A stretch of DNA of 64,000 bases from Nemertoderma westbladi. Its lineage: Eukaryota > Animalia > Xenacoelomorpha. The DNA is taken from NCBI GenBank assembly GCA_032718475.1, contig JAUCBJ010008232.1:1-64000 (forward strand), in the 5' to 3' direction. The position numbers were made by a program, and so were the translations under genes. Under the pieces are notes generated by a model that made no database searches, was not told where the DNA came from, and worked only from the letters and a program-made list of their open reading frames with translations. Shown here piece after piece: positions 24,288-34,576 of the stretch (the stretch's first letter is position 1; every line of letters starts with the position of its first letter).

Positions 24288-27200
24288 TGTTTGGTTCCCG
24301 ATAAATTGGTATATTGTTTTTTTTCATAGGTTTTTCGACCTTTGTTTGATAGTGACCCCAGGGAAGCGAATGATTTTTATTAACCCAATAAAGTTTATCA
24401 TCAAATGCGCTGAGAGCAAACTTGTCTCGTGCTATAGTATACACTTTGTGAAATTTACTCTGAAATTGATGTGTTTCCTTGGAAATTTCTTCGTTATCGT
24501 AATATGCCCTCAAATAATCTTCGTGACAAATATTTTTATCCACGACAGCTCTTGTTATTCCTTTTGCCCGTCGTATATTGGAATCATTCCATTCTAAAAT
24601 TGAATATAATTTTGGTCTTAAAAATACCGCTTGTTTAATCTCTCGTGAGGCTAGTTCGTCTTTACAGTAATAGAGCCTGGATTTATTTTTATCGCTGTAG
24701 AGAGGGTGATCCTTGGGGTAATTGGATGTATCTAGAATATTATTTTTAATTAAGGCTTTTAAAAAATTATTCTGCGATGTATTATAGTAACAACCTATTA
24801 AAGAGTCCGTGTCTGATGCTACAATTTCAATTCGGCAGTTTAATTCTTTCTCAATAGGTAGCAATTTATCGTAATACAGCTGATACATATCCAATTTAGC
24901 CAAGTCCAAGACAGTACTACCTATATAGACCGGCTTATCGAGAGTTACAGAGTCTTTTACTAATAAATGTCCCGATAAGGAATCGTTATAAATCATGAAA
25001 TTTTCATGATTTATTCGTTTGACTAATTGGTCACATTTTTCTTTACTATTAGCGATACGAAAGTTGCATCGGTCCCTTATCTTCTCTATCGTTTTTCCAA
25101 ATAAAGAATTGTTCAGCAATTTCGCGACAGCTGTTTCAATATAACTTTTTGCTTACCGCCTTTGATTAATATTAAAATCTATATAGGGTTTAAATACAAA
25201 GTCTTGATGGAAAGAATATAATTTATGGAGCTTAGTAACAATTAAACCTTGTTTTATATAAAATTTTAACAGTTTTAAATTTACATGATAGAATTCTTTA
25301 TCGAATTGTGTCAACATAAGTTTCGGTGCACACATCTTATACTTGCTATTAGTGCCTCTTTGTTTACAAACATTGTTAAATTGTTCCCTCATATAAGGTG
25401 AAAGCATTGTCTCATTTATACTTAAATGTTCTGGAGCTAAGGGTAGTTCTAATGTACGATCGTGAATATCTTTGGGATATTTCAAATCGCAAATTAAGAA
25501 AAACCCAATATCACCTTCAGTATCAAGATTTGTTAAATATTTTATCAGTTCTTCAGGAGCAGCATTCTCTAAATATGTAACGTTGACTTGTTCAAAACCT
25601 GAAACAGGTAGCTTTTTACTTAAATTACCAGAATACAAGGAATTAAAATCTATATTGAAAATATGACACTCTTCCTTGCTCGGATCATAATTATCAGTAT
25701 CTGGTATATTTGATTCTATGTAATGCTTTCGACAGAATGAAACCCCTCCTCTAATAGATGCTTCAAAATCTCTATATGTTTGGTAATCTTTTATTAATGC
25801 TAACTTACATTTATTGTATTTCAGGGCGCAATCATAAGTGAAAGCTGCGATACTGCAATAATAAACTACTTCTAATTCGTAGTTTTGTCTACACACTCTC
25901 CTAAAGTTCTCAAATATATCAGCGAGGAGACAAACATCGAGTTTTAAGTATGCTAAAAGATAATCCTTGAGATTCACACAGTCAAACTGACTCCATGATG
26001 CATTGGCAAAACTATATTCCTCGGGTGTACAGGTATTTTGTGTTAATTTACTATAAAATTTGTCTATTGATGGTAATTTCGAATCATTGAATTTATTTAA
26101 ATCTGTCAGATACTCGTAGGGAAATATACCTTTTCGTTTAATTGTTGCATTATTTAAATTTGGATAAAAATATTTCATTTGCTGTTCAGTAATTGGTAGA
26201 ACTGATGTTATATCCTCGCTGTCTATATCCTTTGTTGAACAATCAACTAAAGTACTTAGGGAAAAGGATAAAAATTGATATGTGTCTAAGACACGTAGCT
26301 CGATCTTTGTTTTTGAGTCTTTCACCGGTATATGCATGCTTAGTGAAATATACCTTTCAGAATTTTTAGGGATCACCTTTATATCCCTATCGGAATATCT
26401 ATTGTTGGTAAAACCAACTTGGATGTCATTATATACAGAGTCTAAAAAGTCTTGAATACAGTTGTTGTCGATTGTTTTTGTAAAGGTCTTCAAATAAAAT
26501 TTTGGTGGATTGATTAATTCGGCACTAGGAACAATTAAATAACTTACAGCGCATGGAATATGATTCTGAATAAATTTACTGTTGCTGGATGGCTCCAAAA
26601 TAGATTCTATGTCAAAATATATTACAAACAATGCTGGTAATGTTCTGTCTAAATTTCTAAAGCTAATATGAGTTCTTTTTTCAGATGGTAGCTTCTCAAC
26701 TTGACTTTTTCCTCGATAACAAACAAGACGGTGACGTTCTAGAACATCATTGGTGTAGAAAGGCGCCAAACACCGTTCACAATATTTCCTACCACAAGTA
26801 TGAAGAGCTCTCATATTCATCAAACGATTCAAGTTAGTTATGCAAACATAATGTGATTGTTTACTCGTATTCTTATTTTTTACAAGTAATATATTCAATA
26901 ACTCTTTATCTGGAGTGATTTTACTAAATGGTGCCTGTCTTAATATAGATACTCGATTGTTGTTGTAGAGTAATAAATTAATTATATATGCTGAATTCTG
27001 TTTTTCAAAAAGTTTAATTGCAAGCTGCCATTCTGTTGGATAATCTTTGTTCCCGTTGTCAAAAATAAAATGACACATATAATTTTTGTACTGCGAAGTA
27101 CGATATTTGTTGTTCTTCACTTTGCTACTAAATTTTGTAGCTATAATTGCCCATTTAAAACAATCATTATCAGCCGTTTGTATATTTATAACACATTTTT

Positions 27201-28013
27201 TAACTGATAGAGCCTTAGGTAACTCCATATAACCGTGTCCCTTATATAGTAACGACCTACACTTGGATTCAGCTACTTTAATTTCAACCCTTAATAAAGA
27301 TTTAACACGCCACCCTGAGCCACGAGTGTTAAACATGGCTATTTTTTGCATTAATTTTTCTAATACATACTCAAACCATGTGTCAAAACTTTCATGTGAA
27401 TCTACGGTATTAACTGCACCACCTGGAGAACTAAAATAGAAAGCTTCTTCTTGATCACCCTCTGAAAAATGTGATCGATACATGCGTATATTCACACCTA
27501 GCCAGGGTCTAAGTACATTCATTTCGCTAAGTTTTCCTAATAATAAAGTTTGGATGTGAGGTAGAATTTTAATTAATGATGAATGAATATCAGGAAAATC
27601 TTCATCATTTGGAAGATTGTAAACATAGATTTCTAAACGGTTATCGTGTGCGGCTCGTTCAATGTTAAAAATTGATGAACCTTGACCAGATTTCAGTCTT
27701 TTTCTAGATACGATAGTATTGTTTTGGTTCCGTTGTGGTGGTGGTCTAACATGATAATAACGTTGGTGACAGTCGTGACGTAAGTAATTCTCATATACTC
27801 TTTATTACAAGTAGGGCAAGTTTTTTCATACACGCAAAACTTCATTTCTTTACATCCTGTAGTCGTTTCATGTCGTTTGCATATTTCTTCACGTGAACAT
27901 TTCACTCGACAATTAAAACAATTGTATTCTTCAAAATGAGATTTCACATGTGTTAAATAATTTCGTTTAGAAATTTGAAGAGGACAAAATGGACATTTCA
28001 ATTGTTTATCCAT
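24265..28013 (-). pseudogene. Protein-primed family B DNA polymerase (pPolB) with N-terminal zinc fingers; one frameshift (~27790) and one in-frame TAA (25153-25155)
   Basis: Zinc fingers in 27693-28013, GSGW motif, ExoI YFDIES, KGIFPYEY, ExoIII YLKLDV, RGG, motif A DFNSLY, motif B KLLNNSLFGK, motif C SDTDS. ORFs 25153-27522 and 24265-25119 are in the same frame. Confidence 0.95.
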
Positions 28014-28569
28014 CTCTTTATTATCCTAAAAACAATTTAAAATTAATATGAATATTGTTATATATATAATCAAAAAAATTCATAAGCTACTCAACACAAA
28101 TAAAATATAATATCTAAACTTTAATTAATTTAATATTTTCAGAATGAGCTCGAATGAATCAGTTGAGCTCTTTATATATATATATATTTCAAGTTTCTAC
28201 TTATACCAACCAATCATAAATAACAGTTACATTGGAAACTAATATCATAAATAAAGTTGCTTTTACAACTGAATTCTTTATAATAAAATCAAGTCTAAAC
28301 CAAGATGTGTATAATGCGTTTTTAATTTTCATTGATAAAGTAGGTTTTACATGCAAATGTTTTATTATGGTGGTGTAAACTCATGCATTTACATGCGAAT
28401 GTTTTATTCCTAATCCCGTGCTCACATTAAATATAAACTATCACCAATATTTACTCAATAAAGTCACCTTTACATGCAAATACTTTATAATAATCACGCT
28501 TTGTGATAAAAAGTTACCTTTACAAGTCAGTGTGAAACTGAAAAAGAAAAGTCTCTAGTTAATAATAAA

Positions 28570-29613
28570 TCAATCTGATACTGTTTTTATATGTTCCTTA
28601 TTGTAATCTGCTACCTCTTCACTTGCTTTTGTAACTTTTATTTTCTTTGTAGGTATAGAATCATTGTTGGGAATGGAAGATGTTTGAGATGTAGATCTGC
28701 GCTTTCTATCACTCGAGGTCTCTTCGATGTATGTCTTTGGATTAAATGTGGATGAAACTACTTCTGGAAATGACTTATTAACCTTAAACTTCCAAGTTGG
28801 TGGATATAGAATCGCGAAACCGTCTGCTATATCAGTTGATGAAACATTTAACATCATATCGTAGAGAAACTCTATATATGGTATGTCTTTATCGTAATGT
28901 AACTGTAAATATTTGCTTTCCTTGTCTGTAATAATTACTTTTTTTTCTTGTACATTTATTTTTACTTTAAGTCGGTCAGATAAAGCTTTATCGTCCGTAT
29001 CTAGCTCTGAAAAGACACCTTCGTTACTAATTTCATAATTCCTTTCATACCACAATGAATTTACTTCCGATGCTGTTAAGTTAAACCCATTATAATACCT
29101 AAGACCAATAGCATCAGAATATCTAGCTGAAATCTCCCATAGTCCCATATAAGTCGCTCCTTTATATTTGCTTACAAAACCAACAAAAGATGGGTTGGTT
29201 AAATTAACAACAGAACACTGATTTATTATTTCGAGTGGTGGTGATAACAATTCTAATATTTCTGTCTTACTCTGAAGCAATAAATTAATGAGTGATTTGT
29301 TTAGAATTTGACATTTGCCTTGCTTCTGAATATATACGTTTTCAGTAATAACACAGGTGGAAATATTTAACTTTCCTCTTGTAAATTCTATATTAGGATA
29401 AATATTACCTCTTGAAACTGGTGATTCCTTTTGTCGGTTGATTAATATTTCTAAGACGTCTAGAAGGTAGAGTGTATCCTGGTAAGAGAAGCACGTTGTT
29501 ACATTGCTATCGCTTGAGAGTAATATAAAGTACTTGCCATAAACAATACTACAGGTATATTTATTAAATGTAAATTTCCAAGTATTGTTTGAAGTTTTTT
29601 TAAATAAATCCAT
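28570..29613 (-). CDS. Polinton accessory protein with a PC4-like ssDNA-binding segment
   Basis: FVGFVSKYKGATYMGLWE...GFNLTASEVNSL resembles the PC4 signature (VSVSEF.G..YIDIR...KGI.LT.EQW); basic NLS-like tail. Confidence 0.6.
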   Translation of the reverse strand: MDLFKKTSNNTWKFTFNKYTCSIVYGKYFILLSSDSNVTTCFSYQDTLYLLDVLEILINRQKESPVSRGNIYPNIEFTRGKLNISTCVITENVYIQKQGKCQILNKSLINLLLQSKTEILELLSPPLEIINQCSVVNLTNPSFVGFVSKYKGATYMGLWEISARYSDAIGLRYYNGFNLTASEVNSLWYERNYEISNEGVFSELDTDDKALSDRLKVKINVQEKKVIITDKESKYLQLHYDKDIPYIEFLYDMMLNVSSTDIADGFAILYPPTWKFKVNKSFPEVVSSTFNPKTYIEETSSDRKRRSTSQTSSIPNNDSIPTKKIKVTKASEEVADYNKEHIKTVSD

Positions 29614-30127
29614 AATTAGAATGAAAACTATTTTGAAAAATAAAAACTAAATAAATGATTATTAGAATGTAAAACTTCGGTTTATATGCTTGCTTTAATA
29701 AAACAGAGTGACTTACAGTGAGGAATATAGTTGCTTCGTGTAACAGATGCAACGTGTACAGCTAAATTTATTACATTAGCGTGAGTTAGAGAGTGAAATA
29801 GCAGTAACGTGTAACAGATGCAACGTGATCAATGCTAGCCCTGTCATTCTAACTTATATTCAACTTAGTTGATCGACCAGTTACATCGATAAAAGAAATC
29901 GATTATTATTAATAGTCGAATTAATGTATTCTACGCTATAGTAATTATGTTAAGGAACTAGAAGCTATTTATAAACATCTGCTACCAGTGATGAAGATGA
30001 AGAATTCAATGACTATGGTATAACTCAGATATTTATCGCCTTTTTCTCTCGAGGTTGGATGGAAGAGTGATTGGTGAGTTGTGAGGAGTTATATCGGTCC
30101 CGGGTTCGAACCCTGTTGAATATTTTG

Positions 30128-30441
30128 TTATCTGAAAAATTGCAAAATTAAATTTAGTTACTAGTGAAAAATAGCGATTTGAAAAATAATAGAAGTTACC
30201 TGATGCTAAGTGTAGACACCCGAACACCTGTAAAATAAAGGTTGGTGATTGGATGCAGTACTAGCGTTAGGTGACTAATAACGCTTATCTGAAAAATTGC
30301 AAAATTAAATTTAGTTACTAGTGAAAAATAGCGATTTGAAAAATAATAGAAGTTACCTGATGCTAAGTGTAGACACCCGAACACCTGTAAAATAAAGGTT
30401 GGTGATTGGATGCAGTACTAGCGTTGGGTGACTAATAACGC
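30128..30441. repeat. 157-bp direct tandem duplication at the inner edge of the right TIR
   Basis: TTATCTGAAAAATTGC... starts at 30128 and again at 30285. Confidence 0.9.
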
Positions 30442-30635
30442 CTCTAGCGGAATAAGCGGGAACTTGAGAAGTTACCATGGTTACGGATGAAATGCTGACA
30501 TCTGATTGGTTGAAATAATAACGACCACTGCAAAAGGTTGAAATGGTGGCTTCTGATTGGCTGCAGTACCAGAAATGGATGGTAATGATGGACTACGGGT
30601 GACCTTGGTTGAGGAACCATGTAATGTATACTACT
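30321..30635 (-). repeat. Polinton right terminal inverted repeat
   Basis: Reverse complement of 10328-10642. Confidence 0.95.
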
Positions 30636-30641
30636 CATGCA

Positions 30642-30951
30642 ACCCTGTATTGCATCAATTGTTTTTTTTTGTTATTTCTTCAACTCCCCAATTTGGCCAT
30701 AATGATATATCACTTATGATCCATTTTGGTCCATTCCACCATAATGTGCTATTGTAGAGCTGTCTGGTTGTATATTGGCACCTAGTTGCAATGTCAGCAG
30801 GATTATCTTGCGTATTCACATATCTAAAGTTGATGTTACTTGTATTTCTTATTTCTTTCAACATATTTTCAATAAACACAGTCATTCTTTTATCACTTTT
30901 GAGCCAGGCTAAAACACATTGTGAATCGCTAAACAGTGTCTTTGTTTCCAT
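30642..30951 (-). pseudogene. BEL-A pol fragment (RNase H C-terminal part)
   Basis: FSDSQCVLAW...YVNTQDNPADIATR...WWNGPKW. Confidence 0.9.
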
Positions 30952-31600
30952 TGTAAGCGGATTCAATTCCACTTCATTACCCACCAGAAAATGGGACCAG
31001 TGGCATTTAGCAATATGTTGGGGATACGAGATTACCAATATCAATCTCGTATCATAACCAATATTGGGGGGGGGGGGACACAAGCCCCAAAGCCACAGAG
31101 TGAGGTTAGAGGTCAAACCACCTCGAAGGGAATACAGCTAGTAGGGGCTAGCAGCAGAGGGGAAACACTCCTGGGGAGTGCCAAGGTGACAAGTAGTATA
31201 TTAGCCAATAGAGGGGAGGGAAGCACGTGATAGGGAACAGAAAAGCATCCATTGGGTAGAAGGCCAAAGTAGAGTAAGAGGTGAAGCAATATTCATTGTA
31301 TCAATCATATATTATCTCAGATTTTTGGATTGGTGTATCAGTTGTGCTATTCAGTTTATCTAGTGCAGACCGGTCATAATTATTGACCGTCATCGTCATC
31401 GACGCCATTATACTGGTAACTATCTTATCTGTATTTCTGCTGTTCAATCGTTCTATCATCGGATATTTTCTAACATCAAGAGACAACTGTAACTCTATTG
31501 TTTTTCCCCAACGGCCTCGGCCAAAGCTGTTAGCACCATCCTCAAGCAGAATGGTGACGCGTACTTTAATTACCCGGTCGGGATCCCTGATCCTGTCACA
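30952..31600. mobile_element. Solo LTR (649 bp) of a different LTR retrotransposon
   Basis: TGT...ACA ends; 5-bp TSD TCCAT at 30947-30951 and 31601-31605; excision restores the BEL-A frame LKMETKTLFSDSQ. Confidence 0.88.
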
Positions 31601-31963
31601 TCCATTTTCAGCTTTAGTTGTTCTTCAGCGAATTTAATACATCGGATGCCAATTACCATTGCCATTAGTTCTAAGCGAGGAATACTTGGCTTTTTTCGTT
31701 GATTATCCTTCAAACTATGTTTTGATATTGGGGCTAATCTATTTTTTGCAAATAATAACATTGATTTATATCCAGATTCAAGTGGATATCTAGTGGATAT
31801 CCATAAATATATTGCTGCTGCATATGCTGTTTCCGAAGCATCGCAAAAACACAATAAATCAAGTTCATAATCCTCCAAGTTGCTCTGTTTCTCTCCTTCA
31901 AATATATGTCGTGGGATTTGGCATTCACTAATTTTCAATAGTTCATTGGCAATACTTGGCCAC
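31601..31963 (-). pseudogene. BEL-A pol fragment (RNase H N-terminal part)
   Basis: FCDASETAYAAAIY, AKNRLAP, SIPRLELMA. Confidence 0.9.
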
Positions 31964-33139
31964 TGTTCGCGCTTTCAGACCTTTAGCAGTTTAACCTGCC
32001 AAATTTGGGTGTCTTCTAGATTATAAATCGACTTTAGCCTATGACGAGTATTTGATACACTACATTAGCCGAAGCCAGTCTATGCGCGACCATTCACCCG
32101 CTGGATATACCCGGGAGACTGGATTCGGAAGCTTTGACCTTATTGCGGTGTAGGCCTATTGTATTATTCGACTGATTGTTAATATATAATTTCTGACCAA
32201 TATTATTCACTTTCGGGAAATATTAACAGTTCCTTTAGGACGTGGCGCTCTAAATATGTAAACAGAGTTATGATTTACACTAGACACAACGGGATGGCTA
32301 TGGATTCACGTATATAGCGCATTCTTTAGGAGATGCTTTGTTATCAGTCACAATCATGCACACTACCGCACAATACTGCACACTGATCTGCCGACCTTCA
32401 CTAATTTTAGTCACATATAAAGAGAACAACAACCGACTCATGTAGTGCCTATGAAATAGCATTAGATTCACTCCAAAACCACTTTAATGTAAGTCGCAAT
32501 TGTTATATGTAACCAGTCTCTCTAACCTTCAGTATATCAAGAAGATTGGGGTTTCTGATTATTGGTCGATATTATCTAAATATAATAATATTCCATCAAC
32601 CGATATAATTAATGACCGACAGTAAATAGCAGTAAAAATGCGGTGTTTGTAGTTGACAATATGATTAGGTGAGTTATGAGTAGGGTAGGGATAACAGATA
32701 TACGTTTCGATTGACCAACGCCTACTAATGTTTGGCTAAAGCCTGAAAACACAGAGGTTCCAAAGCCGGTCTTCTAGCTATGGACAAAATACACATACTG
32801 ACTGAATTCATGAGTTTCTGTATACAACCTCCAACACAGAGTCAAAAAACGCTCTGATTGGTCGACCGAACAAAGAGAGAACAGAGAACAAAGAGATGTT
32901 CCACGTGGACATATCAGCTGTTAGATGTCGTCATGGTAACTACACTGTGTCAAGAGGATTTTAGCTATTGCGACATAAAATTGCTAGTTATGTCCGCTAA
33001 AGTACACATACAGAAGAAATGGCTTTTTATGTCCACTAAAACACCGGTACAGTAAGGAAACGGCTTTTTATGTCCATTAAACCGACTACAGAGTACTTTG
33101 CGCGAAAAATAACCAGCTAATTCCGCAAAAGCTTTTACA
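31964..33139 (-). repeat. BEL-B 3' LTR (1176 bp)
   Basis: TGT...ACA; direct repeat of 48664-49837; a short purine-rich tract (GGGAGCGG on the minus strand) abuts it. Confidence 0.96.
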
Positions 33140-33217
33140 CCGCTCCCAGAAAATGGGATTTAATTCTATAAAATATAAAAAATCACAGTTTCTAAAATAT
33201 AGAAATACTCTAAACAG

Positions 33218-34576
33218 TTAGTTTTTCTTGCGCGGACGGCATTTACGCAGTTTTTTGAGGTTAGCAAGAGTCCTTTTCTCTTTGGGGCGAGCCACTTTAC
33301 TAGGAGGGCTATAACCCTTGGGTAAAGGGTGCAATACAATTGCATCTGAAGGTTTAGGGTTACGGTCGATGTCTCGTCCATTTCGATATGCTTCTCCTCG
33401 AGCTGATTTTCCTCCGCTTATCGTTGGATGCGTTCGTCCAAAACTCTTGCAGAGAATATGGTCGTCCAAGTTCGATATCTTCTTAGAGATTCTGAATTTC
33501 CTGATCGAACTGAGATAAAATTAATTCGTTTACCGCTTGGACTTGCTGCTGCAATTTACGTTTCTCTAAACAATTGTAGGTTCATTTTCCGCTCTTTTGA
33601 CGAATAGTGTCTAACGCGTTTCGTACAACTCTCTCCTCCGCCTCGGTGACAGGTTGTATCGGGTTAAACAGGGACGATGATACGGTTGAATGACGATATT
33701 AGATGTCCGCGTCCCAATCCGACTAGGTAAGATGGGCGAATATTTAGGGAGCCCACAACCGGAGTGCCACCGACCAACTGTTCGAGTAACACTAGATCTT
33801 TGAACAGTGAGTACAGTTCGGGAGGATCCGTGATACTATTAGGGTCAAGCGTTTGAGGTCTCACTGAGGAATGAGGAGGTCTGACCGAGTATTCCGGAAC
33901 TCTGATCATAGGTTTATTTAAGGATTGTTTGAATCGAGCGAGTGTAGGTGATACATCGAACAAGTTTCGCTCGAAACTCCCGTAAATATAACGAGTAAAA
34001 CCATGTTTAAAGCAACGTCTCTACGGATGTTTATGTCTTTCCGTTTGTTGGTTGGGTCTTGGGCATTCATTGCAATAATACCAAAGACGCAAGTCTTGTA
34101 GGGGAAATGCGGGTGATATTTATTCGGTTTTACAACGTTTCTCTCAAGAATTCCAAATATACGTTGGAGTTACTGCATTTATCCGGTTCTTTAACGTCTT
34201 TTCTTTCGAGTCGATTTCGAATAGAATTTTCGCATTCGATTCTCAATTTATCGTTCCGACTCCGCTGGGTATGATATTTAAATAGGACCATTTCCCTTTC
34301 GGTGTCGATATCGTCCGTATCGTATAAATCGATAGGATGGCCAGTAGTTAAGAAGTCCATATACGTACCATTACAATGCGTATAGCGAGCAGTGAATTTT
34401 CGATAGTCCAATTCACACGTAAGTTGCTCCTGGGGCATCGGCGGTTCGATATAACGACCATCATCCTCCGTAGTAGTTGGACTAGCGTCGCTGCGTATCA
34501 AGCTATCAACAAACGCTTGCAACGGTAGAGTATATTTCTCCCTGATACCAAGATCATCTTCTATCAACTGAGTCAT
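33218..34576 (-). pseudogene. Extra ORF region downstream of pol in BEL-B (fragments of 148, 99 and 83 aa), function unknown
   Basis: Co-oriented ORFs 34130-34576, 33664-33963 and 33218-33469 lie between pol and the 3' LTR with coding-like composition; no recognisable domain. Confidence 0.45.

Larger units (their letters stand above)
10328..30635. mobile_element. Complete Polinton/Maverick (adintovirus-like) element, ~20.3 kb including two nested MITEs
   Basis: Termini AGTAGT (10328) and ACTACT (30635); 6-bp TSD CATGCA at 10322-10327 and 30636-30641; long TIRs; pPolB, rve integrase, ATPase, protease and capsid genes. Confidence 0.97.

Noticed and set aside
30045-30120. tRNA gene
   Set aside because: Only a T-arm/B-box is recognisable; no convincing acceptor stem, D-arm or anticodon arm.
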